Translations under genes and position numbers: made by a program | In this document: one piece after another, positions 10,862 to 23,744 of the stretch | Position numbering within the stretch: the stretch's first letter is position 1 | How the letters are laid out: every line of letters starts with the position of its first letter | The notes under the pieces: model-generated | What the model was told of the DNA's origin: nothing | Database searches by the model: none | What the model saw: the letters and a program-made list of their open reading frames with translations, nothing else | From: Malacoraja senta | Taxonomy: Eukaryota | Direction of reading: 5' to 3' | NCBI GenBank assembly: GCA_038087875.1 | Contig: CM075993.1 | Coordinates: 1,862,001-1,926,000 of the forward strand | DNA length: 64,000 nt

Positions 10862-12297
10862 TTTGTGACTCTATGTCCCGGGTGATTCAATGGGCTTTGT
10901 ACATTCTGTGTAACCAACAGACGTAAACTCTTTGTATTCAGGAGTGTGAAGTGGCAACAAAGGAGATACCTGGGACTGGGATTGGCAGCGCCAGAAGATC
11001 TCTCCGTAGTTGGAGGCTTGGAGGCCTGGGCCGGTTGACAAGGGAACCCAAAGTTGCATTTTTGGATGCAGATAGTGAATTTGTGTAGGAAGGAACTGCA
11101 GATGCAGGTTTAACCCAAAGATAGGCACAAAAAGCTGGAGTAACTCAGCGGGACAGGCAGCATCTCTGGAGAGAAGGAATGGGTGACGTTTTGGGTCGAG
11201 ACCCATTCCTTCTATCATGTATCTCTGCTTGTACTTAGTGGAGTCAAGGGATATGGGGAGAAGGCAGGCACGGGTTATCGATAGGGGACGATCAGCCATG
11301 ATCACAATGAATGATCGAAGGGCTGAATGGCCTCCTCCAGCACCTATTTTCTATGTTTCTAGAACGTTACTGAAGGCCCAGTGTGTAATGTTAGTGCCCA
11401 ACCACCGATGTGACGTGCTGACTGAGGGGCGGGGAGAGGCTCAGGGTCTCTGTGTGAGTCAGGACTTGCAGGTCACAACCAGCAAGCTCAGGGGCTCCGA
11501 CTGTGACTTAACCCCGAGGACACTAAGAGATGCTCTTAAGAGCTAATGGAAGAACACAGTGACGCTGTGAATTCAAAGGCACACACAATGCTCTCTGGGT
11601 GAACAAAACTATTCCCAGTTCCATAGAAACCAAAGATGTCTTTTGTTCAGTGAATTATTCCAGAAGCAAATTATTGAAGCAAGTTCCAGAAATAAACTCG
11701 TGTTTAGTTGGCTTTTGATATGGGTTTGTTACGCTGTGTTTGTAACGGCCTCTTGGAGAATTAGCAAGTAGAACATAGAACAAAAGATAGGCACACAATG
11801 CTGGAGTAACTCAGCGGGACAGGCAGCATCTCTACAGAGAAGGAATGGGTGACGGTTCGGGTCGAGTTGACCGAAAACATCGGCCATTCCTTCACTCCAG
11901 CGATGCTGCCTGTCCCGCTGAGTTCCTCCAGCACTTCGTGTCTGTCTTCGGTTTAAACCAGCATCTGCAATTTCTTTCCTAAAGTAAATCCAACTTCTCT
12001 GACAATATCATTGTTTTTACTTGCAGCAGTAGAGGAGGTGGTTGATGCCGGGACTATCACAACCTTTAAGAAACAGTTAGACAGGTACATTGGATAGGAC
12101 AGGTTTGGAGGGATATGGACCAAACGCAGGCAGGTGGGACTAGTGTAGCTGGGGCATGTTGGACGGTGTGGGCGAGTTGGGCCGAAGGGCCTGTTTCCAC
12201 GCTGTATCACTCTAAGTGTGAAGGGAATCAGGCCACTTCGTATCTTTGCAACAGAATATGTTATTGAAGATCTATTTCATCATCTGTTTCATCATTA

Positions 12298-12601
12298 GGG
12301 CAGCACGGTGGCGCAGCGGTAGAGTTGCTGCCTTACAGCGCTTGCAGTGCCGGAGACCTGGGTTCGATCCCGACTACGGGCGCTGTCTATACGGAGTTTG
12401 CACGTTCTCCCCGTGACCTGCGTGGGTTTTCTATGAGAACGTTATTTTCCTCCCTCATGTCAAAGACGCGCAGGTTTGCAGGTTAATTGGCTTGGTAGAA
12501 GTGTAAATTGTCCCTAGTGTGTACAGGGTGGTGTTAATGTGCGGGGATCGCTGGTCGGTGCGGACTCAGTGGGCCGAAGGGCCTGTCTAAACTAAACTAA
12601 A
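12298..12601 (+). mobile_element. V-SINE (HE1-like)
   Basis: Full head, V-domain and (ctaaa)n tail. Confidence 0.85.
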
Positions 12602-13112
12602 TCTCACGGCCTCCCAGAAGAGGCGATCTCACCAAATGCTCCTCAGCTCATTCATGTTCATTTGAGTACTTTATGAAGCAAAGTATTATTAAGCATACAC
12701 TTCTTTCATCATGCCTTGTCCCACCAAATGGTGCAGTTGAGAGATCAGTGGGAATTGAGAAAGAAGAACTGTGAGGGGAAAAAAGGTATCACAAGGATGT
12801 TGAAGACTGACAATAAGACATGGAATTGCAAATTTTGTATTCAGTTACAGAATGAAATCAATTCCACTGCAGATATACCCCAGCTGTGAACCACTCTGAC
12901 ACTGACGGCTCACCGCACCGTTCAGTTTTTCAGATGAGTCTTGAGGGGAGTTCAGGAAGACAGGAACGGAATTACAATTCAAGGCAGGTCGGTCGGCAGC
13001 TCAGACCGTGCTTGGATTGTAACAGAAGCCGACACGCGTGAATGGGATATTGAAGCAATCACTAAATCCCACGCGCGGTATCAAACTGTACCTCAACAAA
13101 GATCAAAGAAAA

Positions 13113-13449
13113 TATACACATATATACACATACATACACATATATATACACACACATACACATATATATATATATACACACACATATATATATACACACA
13201 CATATATACGCACATATATATACACATATATATACACATATATATACACATATATATACACATATATATACACAGATATATATACACATATATATACACA
13301 TATACACACACATATACACACACACATATATATATATACACACACATATATACACATATATATATATACACATATATATACATATACACACACATATATA
13401 CACATATACACACACATATATACATACATATACACATACATATATATAT

Positions 13450-13485
<36 letters not shown>

Positions 13486-13523
13486 GTGTATGTGCGTATG
13501 TATATATATATATATATATATAT
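13113..13523. repeat. (TA)/(CA) compound microsatellite
   Basis: Direct inspection. Confidence 0.95.
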
Positions 13524-14302
13524 AATCTGTGTATGTGTGTATATAGCAGATACCTATTAAATCTTTGCCCCCTTCACCTTAAACCTATTTCTTAGCACGT
13601 TGCTGTGAGAAGATGAAACCAACACAGTAAACCTCTGGATGGGGCAAATCCACAAGTAATGTGAATGTGCAAATCACATTTACTTAAAAAGAAAAAGTGG
13701 TGGTCGGTCTAATACAAGGCATGTTTCTGTTTTAGAGATACAGCATGGAAACCAAGATCTAAGATGGCACTGAGCATGGAGACTCTGTGTGGTGGTCCAC
13801 TACAGACACAAATAGCTGGAGTAACTCAGCGGGACAGGCAGCATCTCTGGAGAGAAGGAACGGGTGACGTTTCGGGTCGAGACTGAGTTACTCCAGCTGT
13901 TTGTGTCTATCTTCGGTTTAAACCAGCATCCGCAGTTCCTTCCTGCACAGAGGATCCACGATCATCCATTACAGTAGCTCCACATTTTTAAATCTTCATT
14001 TCATTGTGGATGGCTTTATTCTATTCATGTAGAGCCTTTTCTTTGACTGGACGGTGTTTAAACACAAAGTTTCACTGTACCTCGATGCACATGACAATAC
14101 TAGACTAAACAATAGACTCTACGTGGACAATCATTCCAACAGCCCAGCTTTGATCTCCGTGCAGTTGCTGCCCAATCCCATCCAAATGATGGCCACAAAC
14201 TGGGGGACAAATTGCTGACAGTTATGTTCCTCTCAGACTAACCCCAAGCCCCTCCAGTAGACCTGTGCCTGACTAATGGATCTGAAATACTGTGGTTCCA
14301 TT

Positions 14303-14610
14303 TGGCACGGTAGAGTTGATGCCTTACAGCGCTTGCAGCGTCAGAGACCCGGGTTCGATCCCGACAACGGGTGCTGTCTGTACGGAGTTTGTACGTTCTC
14401 CCTGTGACCTGCGTGGGTTTTCTCCGAGATCTTCGGTTTCCTCCGACACTCCAAAGACGTACATGTTTGTAGGCTAATTGGCTTGGTATAAGTGTAAATT
14501 GTCCCTAATGTGTGTAGGATATTGTTAATGTGTGGGGATCGCTGATCGGTGCGGACTTGATGGGCCGAAGGGCCTGTTTCCGCACTGTATTTCTGCATTA
14601 AAACTAAATA
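14303..14610 (+). mobile_element. V-SINE (HE1-like)
   Basis: Head, V-domain and tail. Confidence 0.85.
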
Positions 14611-14623
14611 ATGTTTTGCCTAA

Positions 14624-14952
14624 TAGCCCTGTCCCACGGTACGAGTTCATTCCAAGAGCTCTCCCGAGTTTAAAAAAAATCAAACTCGTGGTAAGCACGG
14701 AGAATGAACGTAGCGGGTACGTCGGTGCTCGGGGACGTCTCTTAGCGGCTCGTAACGCTAACGGCAGGTACTCGGGGAGACTCGCTAACGGCAGGTAAGC
14801 ACGGGAAGACTCGTGAAGATTTTTCAACACGTTGAAAAATGTCCACGAGAGCCCCGAGTACCGACGAGCGGCCATTACCGTAAATCTCCGAGTTCGAATC
14901 AGGGCAAACTCGGGAGAGCTCTTGGAATGAACTCGTGTCGTGGGACAGGGGT
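14624..14952. mobile_element. PIF/Harbinger-type MITE (family B)
   Basis: About 45-bp TIRs ccctgtcccacggtacgagttcattccaagagctctcccgagttt / aaactcgggagagctcttggaatgaactcgtgtcgtgggacaggg; TAA at both flanks. Confidence 0.75.
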
Positions 14953-15764
14953 TAAAGATAGACACAAAATGCTGGAGTAACCCAGCGGGACAGGCAACTT
15001 CTCCGGAGAGAAGGGAGGGGGCGACGTTCCGGTTCTTCGGACTGACCAAAAGAGTAATGAGAAACTAATGGAAAGTTGCCCTTTGGAGATGAGAGGATGC
15101 CTGCGGGCCTTTATGCTGTGGATCTACAAGTGTTTTTCTTTATTACTCAATCGGATTCCAACAACAAATGTGTTCTTCCTTGCTCCTTAAAAAGCTTTAC
15201 AGCAGCCAAACCTGCACAACTATTATTACATGGATCATCTTTCCATTATGTCTTAATATATTTGTAAGCACCTCTAGCCAAAGAACATTACTGCAACATG
15301 GGGGAATGAGAACTGGTCCATTGCTTTTTAAGAGGCTAGAGATTGCCTGCAGCATCTGAAGACACTTTTTGGATCATAAGATCATAAGGTCATGAGTGAC
15401 AGGAGCGGAATTAGGCCATTCAGCCCATCGAGTCTGCTCCGCCATTCAATCATGGCTGACCTATCTCCAGCATTTTGTGCCTATCTTCTATACTTCTATT
15501 CTATACTGAGCAACGCTGGCTGATCACCATCCTTGAGAGGGTTTGAGAGTCAAATAGGTCAACACATAGTCTGTGGATAGAGCAGTGTTTAGATACAAAA
15601 TGCTGGAGTAACTCAGCGGGACAGGCAGCATCTCTGGAGAGAAGAAATGGGTGACGTTTCGGGTCGAGACCCTTCTTCAGCCCCGATACGTCACCCATTC
15701 CTTCTCTCCAGAGACACTCCAGCTATTTGTATCTATCTTCGGTTTAAACCTTCTTACACACTTA

Positions 15765-16251
15765 AAGGCCTGTCTCACGAGTCTGCGGTCATTGGCGGCG
15801 AAACAGGAAGAATCTGCCGCCATAGACCGCGCACTCGTGAGAACGTACAATTCCGGGGCCGTGCGGTGGTGTTCCCAACACCGCACGGCGCTAAAATAAA
15901 ACCGACAATGTCGAAAACTATATACTCACCGCACAACCTCCACCAGTGATGCACGAGTGCAGCACGGCCGCCCGCACGGGCCGCCGCCAGTGTGGCTCGA
16001 GCGCCGTGCGTCAAACCTCCACTGCCACAGCCTCCGCCAGTGAGTCACGTGCGGCGGGCCGACGTCATCGCAGTCGGCCCGCCCTTTTTTTTACTTACCG
16101 CAAGCACGTGGGACCCGCCGTGTTTGAATTAACTCGGCCCCCGCGCAGCATCCGTGCGGCGCTCCGGTGGATAGGCTCGCCGCTCTCGCCGTTGCCGCGC
16201 GGTCCCCGCTACCGGCGACGCCGCGCTTCACCGCCGATGACCGCAAACAGG
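15765..16251. mobile_element. CpG-rich Harbinger-like MITE with incomplete right terminus
   Basis: Starts tta|aaggcctgtctcac; subterminal inverted repeat tgcggtcattggcggcgaa / ttcaccgccgatgaccgca. Confidence 0.55.
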
Positions 16252-16510
16252 TTTAGTTATACATGTTCAATTATTCAGAGTTTATAAACTATTCCGGGCA
16301 GTTTAGGAGATTTAAGAAGGAGCACATCAGAATATCTATCTATTGACATTAAAAGCCAGATGGAATAGTTTCATTTCAGTGAAAATGAAATGCCTGTGTA
16401 GGTTAATTCATTTGCGAATCCAACACTGTTTCTACTTTGAAGAAGTTCTCCTCCTCTCTCCAGAGACAGTTTCCTCCTCCGCCTTTTTCCTTTCTTCTCC
16501 CCACCCCCCA

Positions 16511-16842
16511 TCAGTCTGAAGAAGGGTTTCGGCCCGAAACGTTGCCTATTTCCTTCGCTCCATAGATGCTGCTGCACCCGCTGAGTTTCTCCAGCATTTT
16601 TGTGTACCTGCTGGAGAAACTCAGCGGGTGCAGCAGCATCTATCGAGCGAAGGAAATAGGCAACGTTTCGGCCCGAAACCCTTCCGGGTTTCGTCCCGAA
16701 ACGTTGCCTATTTCCTTCAGGGTTTCGGCCCGAAACGTTACCTATTTCCTTCGCTCCATAGATGCTGCTGCACCCGCTGAGTTTCTCCAGCATTTTTGTC
16801 TACCTTCGATTTTCCAGCATCTGCAGTTCCTGCTTGAACACT
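16511..16842 (+). mobile_element. Composite palindromic PLE-terminus element
   Basis: Forward, inverted, partial and forward pLTR modules; hammerhead motif at 16516-16543; same junctions as 39004-39335 in the opposite orientation. Confidence 0.8.
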
Positions 16843-17071
16843 GTTTCTCATCATGGCACAATACGGCCATGTTGTTTGGATAGGGAGTAAATGATCACAC
16901 TACAAGATAGGACCAACTATTGTTTTTCTTTCTGCAACACTAACCTTCAGCACAACCTCCTGCCTCGAATCAGAGTTGTAATCGTTTATGCAGATTGTTT
17001 ATTCACTCTCATGGGTCGGGACGGCAAAACTCACTGAACATTGAGCTTGCCAGCACTGAGACAAGAGACAA

Positions 17072-18536
17072 TTGTCACATGTACCGATTGGTACGGTGAA
17101 ATTTGTGGTCACCATACAGCCATACGAATAATAAAGAGCACAGAACACGATAGTCTTTAACACAGACGCCCAGAACTAAATGTGTTTCAAAAGAAACTAA
17201 TGGACTATGGGTTAATAACTGGAAAAAAGCTAATTCTAAAATTTTGGAAGAAGGCTCCAATACCAACTATAAATATGTGGACTTCAAATATGTTCGAAAC
17301 ATTACACCTAGAAGAGATAAGACTCCTCCTGGCAGGTAAACCAGATCACTTCCACCTGACGTGGTCTGCATTTATAGAATTATTACAAACATAGGGTGCA
17401 AAAGTACTTAAAAAAAAATTGAGGTCAGGTAAGGGGGGATGCTAGTTGAAGAGTTGGTATGTCCCATTTACGTAATGCTCATAAAAATATTTGTTTCTCT
17501 CTTTTTCCTCTTTCTCTTTCTCTTTCTTTTCTAGGGTCTATTTCTTAACTCTTTTTCTTTTGTTTTTTAATTTTGCTCTTATAGGGTCTTCGTCCTTGTT
17601 TGTTGTCACATTTCCTACACTCTCACTTTTTCCTTCACTTTCTTCTTTCTTTCAATCTTTTCTTTTTCTAGTGTAAAAAATAAATGGAGTGCATTAATTG
17701 TAAGAAGACATAAGTGACGAGTACTAATGTATGTGGTTGTAATGTAATGTACTTCTAATAAATAAAATAAAAAAATAAAAAAAAGCCTTTAACACAGACA
17801 TCCCCACACAGCGGGATCAAAGTTTCCCACTGTGAGGGAAGGCACCAAAGTTCAGTCATCTTCCTCTGTTGTCCTCTGTTGTTCACCCGTGGTCGGGGGG
17901 GGGGCTCCCGAACCCTCCACAATCGCCGCTACGGGCGGCCCGATGTTCAGGACCCGCTCGTCGGATGATGGAACTCCGACGTCGGAACGGGAGAACATTC
18001 TCAGCGGCTTGGACCTCCGAATCGGCCGCTTCCTACCGGAGACCGCGGCTCCCGAAGTCCACTGGGCGGAGATTCAACGCTGGCGGCCCTCGGCAAAGGG
18101 GTCCCAGGCTCCGCGATGTTGGAGTCAGCGCCGCCCGCGCTGGAAGCTCCGCGAACCACAGCTCCGCGATGTTGAAGCAGCAGGGCCCAACACTCTGGAG
18201 CTTCAAACGGCGATCCCAGGTAAGGCATCGCCCGCTTCGCAATGTATCCAGCGCTGCACCACCGCTGCTGAAGCTTTGGTCCAGTCCGCGGCAGGAAAGG
18301 CCGCGCCAATCAAGTTGGTGGGGGGGGGGGGGGGAGGACGCGACTCGGGGAATAGTCGCATCCATGCCAGGAAGTGACTGAGAAACGGTTTCCCCCTTAC
18401 TCTACCCCCCTCCCCCACATAGAATTACTAAAAAAATCCTCCAAAACGTACTTTTAAACAAACTAAAATGTAAAAAAGATAGAAAAATAGACAGACTGTA
18501 GGCAGAGGCTGCCATCATGCAGCGCCCCTAGTGGCA
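17072..18536 (-). mobile_element. Putative non-autonomous Rex1-like LINE, interrupted by an L1 fragment
   Basis: Minus 3' end 'tttcaccgtaccaatcggtacatgtgacaat' resembles Rex-type tails elsewhere in the window; GC-rich body 17830-18420; no RT ORF. Confidence 0.4.
17168..17783 (+). mobile_element. 5'-truncated L1-type LINE with poly(A) tail and TSD
   Basis: KKLILKFWKKAPIPTINMWTSNMFETLHLEEIR...FHLTWSAFIELL* resembles the fish L1 ORF2 C-terminus; A-rich tail; TSD agtctttaacacagac (17152-17167) / agcctttaacacagac (17784-17799). Confidence 0.8.
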
Positions 18537-19131
18537 CGAATAAAACAAAGATTCAATCAGCATTAATACAAGCCAATTAATGTTAATTTGCACAAAATGC
18601 TGGAGTAGCTCGGCAGGTCAAGCAGCATCTCTGGTAGAGATGGGTCGGTGACCTTTTGGGTCGGGACCCTTCTTCAGACTGATTGTAGTGGTGGGGGAGA
18701 AAGCTAGAATTTAACTGCAGGGAATTTTAAGCAAAGGTATGAATATTGACTTCTCGAACTTTAAGTAACCCTTACTTTCCCTCTCTCTCTCCATCCCTCC
18801 CCCTTCCCAGTTCTCCGACCAGTCTGAATGTCCTTGTTTCCATTTTATCTCTGTCTGTTTGGTTGCCACCTTCTCCGAGCCAACAATTCTATATTTTCCT
18901 TGATCTTTATATTTTTTTGATGATACAGCGCGGAAATTTTAAACGGAGGCAAAAATGCTGGAGAAACTCAGCGGGTTGAGGCAGCATCTATGGAGCGAAG
19001 GAATAGGTGACGTTTCGGGTCGAGACCCTTCTTCAGAAATTTTAAAGAAATGTTAAAGAAAGCTGTGAATCCAGAACTGGAACAGCACAGGCAATTATCA
19101 CACAGGGAATGCAAGTCAATAGTCCTGCACC

Positions 19132-20202
19132 CACAGCTACATCGATGATTGTTTTGGTGCCACATCCTGCACCCACACACAACTGACTGACTTCATCCGC
19201 TTCACCACCAACTTCCATCCAGCACTCAAATACACCTGGACCATTTCCGACACTTCCCTACCATTCCTTGACCTCACTATCTCCATCGCAGGTGATAGAC
19301 TCCTTACCGACATCCACTACAAACCTACCGACTCCCATGGCTATCTGGACTACACTTCTTCCCACCCTGCTTCCTGTAAGGACTCCATCCCCCACTCCCA
19401 ATTCCTCCGTCTACGCCGCATCTGCTCCCAGGATGAGGCGTTCCACACCAGGGCATCTGAAATGTCCTCATTCTTCAGGGAATGGGGGTTCCCCTCCTCC
19501 ACCATAGATGAGGCTTGCACCAGGATCTCTGCCATACCCCGCAACACTGCTCTCTCTCCCCATCCCCCCACTCACAACAAGGGCAGAGTCCCCCTAGTCC
19601 TCACCTTTCACCCCACCAGCCGTCACATACAACAAGTGATCCTCCGTCAGTTTCGCCACCTCCAACGTGACCCCACCACTCGCCACATCTTCCCATCTCC
19701 CCCTATATCTGCCTTCCGCAAAGACCGCTCCCTCCGTAACTCCCTTGTCAATTCTTCCCTTCCCTCCCATACCACCCCCTCCCCTGGCACTTTCCCTTGC
19801 AACCGCAAGAGATGCAACACTTGTCCCTTCGTCTCCCCCCTCTACTCCATTCAAGGACCCAAGCAGTCGTTCCAGGTGCGACAGAGGTTCACCTGCATCT
19901 CCTCCAACCTCATCTATTGCATCTGCTGCTCTAGATGCCAGCTGATCTACATCGGTGAGACCAAGCGGAGGCTTGGCGATCGTTTCGCCGAACACCTCCG
20001 GTCGGTCCGCAATAACCAACCTGACTTCCCGGTGGCTCAGCACTTCAACTCCCCCTCCCATTCCGTATCTGACCTCTCTGTCCTGGGTCTCCTCCATGGC
20101 CACAGCGAGCAACACCGTAAATTGGAGGAAATGCACCTCATATTCCGCTTGGGCAGTCTACATCCTGGTGGCCTGAACATTGAATTCTCCCAATTCTGCT
20201 AG
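19132..20202 (+). CDS. 5'-truncated Penelope-like (Neptune-type) RT C-terminal half and GIY-YIG endonuclease
   Basis: The frame is open upstream of the tracked ATG at 19462 and includes YIDD (19138-19149), LPFLDL, YKPTD..YLDYTSSHP, SQFLRLRRICS, the Cys linker CNRKRCNTC and NLIYCICCSRCQLIYIGETKRRLGDRFAEH. Confidence 0.9.
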   Translation, partial: HSYIDDCFGATSCTHTQLTDFIRFTTNFHPALKYTWTISDTSLPFLDLTISIAGDRLLTDIHYKPTDSHGYLDYTSSHPASCKDSIPHSQFLRLRRICSQDEAFHTRASEMSSFFREWGFPSSTIDEACTRISAIPRNTALSPHPPTHNKGRVPLVLTFHPTSRHIQQVILRQFRHLQRDPTTRHIFPSPPISAFRKDRSLRNSLVNSSLPSHTTPSPGTFPCNRKRCNTCPFVSPLYSIQGPKQSFQVRQRFTCISSNLIYCICCSRCQLIYIGETKRRLGDRFAEHLRSVRNNQPDFPVAQHFNSPSHSVSDLSVLGLLHGHSEQHRKLEEMHLIFRLGSLHPGGLNIEFSQFC

Positions 20203-20318
20203 CCCTTGCTGTCCCTCCCCTTCATCAGCCATCTGGTTGTCTCCTCCCCTCCCCCAGCCCTCGGGCTCCTCCTCCGCCTTTTTCCTTTTTTCCTTTCTTC
20301 TCCCCACCCCCTATCAGT

Positions 20319-20346
20319 CTGAAGAAGGGTTTCGGCCCGAAACGTT
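20319..20346 (+). ncRNA. Minimal hammerhead ribozyme motif in PLE 3' pLTR (variant B)
   Basis: CUGAAGA-A-GGGU-UUCG-GCCC-GAAA-CG-UU. Confidence 0.6.
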
Positions 20347-20869
20347 GCCTATTTCCTTCGCTCCATAGATGCTGCTGCACCCGCTGAGTTTCTCCAGCAT
20401 TTTTGTGTACCTTCGATTTTCCAGCATCTGCAGTTCCTTCTTTAACACAATAGTATTTGTGGGTTTGGAGGCAAGAGAGAGAGCAGGTTGGCAAATTCCA
20501 ATGTGGTTTCCTTAGATCAGCTGTTTGGGAAATACTGAAAGACTGAATCTCAGATACAGAGTAACAGATGAAAATTACTCAGAAGATTGTTCCTATGGTG
20601 ACTGGGTTTCACCTTATTAAAGGACTTGCAAACAATACTACAATCCAAAGATATAAGCTTTCAGAAAGCCTTATCTGTAAACACATTCTGCAGCAGAGAT
20701 AATGGTTTTAGAAAACACTGCATACATTTGTGTACTCTGCTGCTTCTAAGAATTTCAGAGGCCAATGTTCTATTCATGATCTAATAATTGATTTTCAAAT
20801 GGTCTGACGAGTATCCAGTGGAGACTGTAGTCAAGGCTGTTCACTCTGGATAAAGAGAAATCTATTTTA

Positions 20870-21073
20870 TGCGTAGGAAGGAACTGCAGATATGCTGGTT
20901 TACACCGATGATAGACACAAAATGCTGGAGTAACTCAGCGGGACAGGCGGCTTCTCTGGAGAGAAGGAATGGGTGACGTTTTGCGACGAGACCGTTCTTC
21001 AGACTGAAGAAGGGTCTCGACCCGAAACGTCACCCATTCCTTCTCTCCAGAGAAGCTGCCTGTCCCGCTGAGT
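20870..21073. mobile_element. Fold-back PLE element with back-to-back hammerhead motifs
   Basis: Degenerate minus motif (about 20965-21002) abuts the intact plus motif at 21004-21031 at the symmetry centre. Confidence 0.75.
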
Positions 21074-21074
21074 T

Positions 21075-21362
21075 TAGTTTAGGGATACAGCGCGGAAACA
21101 GGCCCTCCGGCCCATGGAGTCCGCGCCGACCAGCGATCCCTGCACACACTAACTCTATCCTACACACACTTGGGGCAATTTTCATTTACACCCCAAGCCA
21201 ATTAAACTACAAACCTGTACGTCTTTGGAGTGTGGGAGGAAACCGAAGATCTCAGAGAAAACACACGTGGTCACGGGGAGAACATGCAAACTCCGTACAG
21301 ACAGCACCCGGGTCTCCAGCGCTGTAAGGCAGCAACTCTACCGCTGCGCCACCGTGACCGCC
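21075..21362 (-). mobile_element. V-SINE (HE1-like)
   Basis: Reverse-complement match to the other copies. Confidence 0.85.
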
Positions 21363-21654
21363 CAGAGTTACTCCACCATTCTGTGTCCAGCTATTTCAAG
21401 CACTTATTTAAACATTCCCCATCGACGACCAACGTAGTAACACTGTATGACATTCCTTCCTCTGGCTTCACAGTTCACAACTCCATAATCCTTATCGCAC
21501 AACCTGTAATCTTTTAACCTCTGGCCTTTCTCCAACCACATGCCTATCAAACCCCCTCTCCCCCAAACCCCCCCCCCCCCCTCTCCCCCAACCCTCAAAA
21601 AAGGGCACAAAGTGCTGGAGTAACTCAGCGGGACAGGCAGCATCTCCAGAGAAT

Positions 21655-21970
21655 GGGCGGCCCAGTGGCGCAGAGGTAGAGTCACTGCCTTGCAGCGAAT
21701 GCAGCGCCAGAGACCCGGGTTCGATCCTGACTACGGGCGCTGTCTGTTTGGAGTTTGTACGTTCTCACCGTGACCCGTGTGGGGTTTCTCCGAGATCTTC
21801 GGTTTCTTCCCACACTCCAAAGACGTGCAGGTATGTAGGTTAATTGGCTTGGTAAAATGCAAAAGTTGTCCCTAGTGTGTGTAGGATGGCGTCAATGTGC
21901 GGGATCGCAGGTCGGTGCGGACCCGGTGGGCCGAAGGGCCTGTTTCCGTGCTGTATCTCTAAACTAAACT
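21655..21970 (+). mobile_element. V-SINE (HE1-like)
   Basis: Head, V-domain and tail. Confidence 0.85.
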
Positions 21971-23015
21971 GAAAAAAACCGCAACTAAATGGTGGTAGGT
22001 ATATGGAACGAGCTGTCAAAGGATGCTTCCAAAGACACACTCCAAAGGCGTACAGGTTTGTAGGCTAATTGTCTTGGTAAAATTGTAAATTGGCTCTAGT
22101 GTGTGTAGAATAGTGTTAATGTACAGGGATCGCTGGTCAGCATGGGCTCGGTGGGCCGAAGGACCTGCATCTCTAAACTGGAACTTTCAACCAGAGGGAC
22201 ATGTTTTTGCTGCCAGGTCAAACATAGTACAAGATCACTGATATATAAAAATCAGTTTCCATTTGCACATTGCTCTGGATTGCAATTTAATCTGGTGTGC
22301 TTCATGTTTTCAAACCCCAGGAGAGGGAGATCAAATAATGTTATGCAAATCTAAGTTTATTAAATAGTGTCTAAGTAGCTCCAATCTAGTCAGTGCCCCC
22401 ATGTTTCCTTTACCCTCATTACTTTTTTGCATATCTTTCATTCATGTATTCCATATCTCTCCACATCACCGTCTCCCCTGACTCTCAGTTTGAAGAAGAG
22501 TCTCGACCCGAAACGTCACCCATTCCTTCTCTGCAGAGACGCTGCCTGTCCCGCTGAGTTACTCCAGCTTTTTGCGTCAATCGTTGGTTTAAACCAGCAT
22601 CTGCAGTTCCTTCCTGCACATAATTTGATATATCATAGAAAATAGGTGCAGGAGTAGGCCATTCGGCCCTCCGAGCCAGCACAGCCATTCAATATGTTCA
22701 TGGCTGATCATCCAAAATCAGTACCCCGTTCCTGCTTACCCCCCATATCCCTTGATTCCCTTAGCCCTAAGAGCTAAATCTAACTCTCTCTTTAATATAT
22801 CCTTCCTTCAGGTCTCCCTTCAACCTCTGGCCTTCCAGAGAAAATTATCTGATACTGGATTTTCAACTGCAGGTTATGAGATGGCGAAGGGTTCCCATCT
22901 CTTCAGCAAAGGAGAAGAGTCTCGACCAGAAACGTCACCCATTCCTTCTCTCCAGAGAAGCTGCCCGTCCCGCTGAGTTACTCCAGCTTTTTGCGTCTAT
23001 CTTCAGCAAAGGAGA

Positions 23016-23360
23016 CTCCCCCTCCCATTCCGAATCTGACCTTTCTGTCCTGGGCCTCCTCCATGGCCAGAGTGGGGACCACCGGAAATTGGAGGAGCAG
23101 CACCTCATATTCCGCTTGGGCAGTTTGCACCCCAGCGGTATTAACATCGACTTCTCCAATTTCCAGTAGCCCTTGCTGTCTCCTCTCCTTCTCAGCTCTC
23201 CCTCAGCCCTCTGGTTCCTCCTCTTCCTTTCTCCTTTCTACTCCCCGCACCCCCACCCTACATCAGTCTGAAGAAGGGTTTCGGCCCGAAACATTGCCTA
23301 TTTCCTTCGCTCCATAGATGCTGCTGCACCCGCTGAGTTTCTCCAGCACTTTTGTCGACC
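23016..23360 (+). mobile_element. PLE endonuclease C-terminal fragment and pLTR
   Basis: SPSHSESDLSVLGLLHGQ...RKLEEQHLIFRLGSLHPSGINIDFSNF*, then UTR and a hammerhead-like motif at 23268. Confidence 0.85.
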
Positions 23361-23744
23361 TCCTGTTTAGCATCACCTCAGGCAAGCAGCAACAGAACAG
23401 AGGCGGCGTGTCTGAGAGAACGGAAACAATAGCATAGAGTTCATGAGCATCATTAGGCTTCTCGCAAGCGAGCCAGCATCAGTCAGTACTCTAAATTAAC
23501 CAAGAACACAGGTCGGCAGACCGGAGTCTCAGCTTTGATGCGTTTATCAAAGGCTTTATGGGAAGGAATATCAGGATCAAAGCTAATCGCTGCTATACTC
23601 ACAGCAAAGAAGAGAAAACTAGAGAGGGTATATTTGCAGAAGTAAATCTAAGGAATTTTTGCACTTTGCAACGATAATCTCAACGGCACTCGGATACTTC
23701 AGCGGCATCGGTGAAAACAAAGCGGTCGGGCGGTGAAAGCATAA

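Larger units (their letters stand above)
19132..20449 (+). mobile_element. Penelope-like retroelement, 5'-truncated, with 3' pLTR
   Basis: RT-EN ORF followed by a pyrimidine-rich UTR, hammerhead motif and terminus 'ctgcagttccttctttaacac'. Confidence 0.9.

Noticed and set aside
15765..16251. CpG-island promoter
   Set aside because: CpG richness is bounded by inverted repeats and a MITE-like terminus, so a young transposon explains it better
17832..18381. GC-rich 170-181 aa ORFs as host genes
   Set aside because: Open in several frames on both strands because of GC content; no recognisable domain
18519..18536. CTCF site (GCCACTAGGGGCGCTG on minus)
   Set aside because: One G short of the CCASYAGRKGGC spacing and located at a repeat end
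18944..19036. Inverted 5' pLTR belonging to the 19132 PLE
   Set aside because: It has its own 11-bp TSD, belongs to the other hammerhead variant, and is separated from the PLE by about 90 bp
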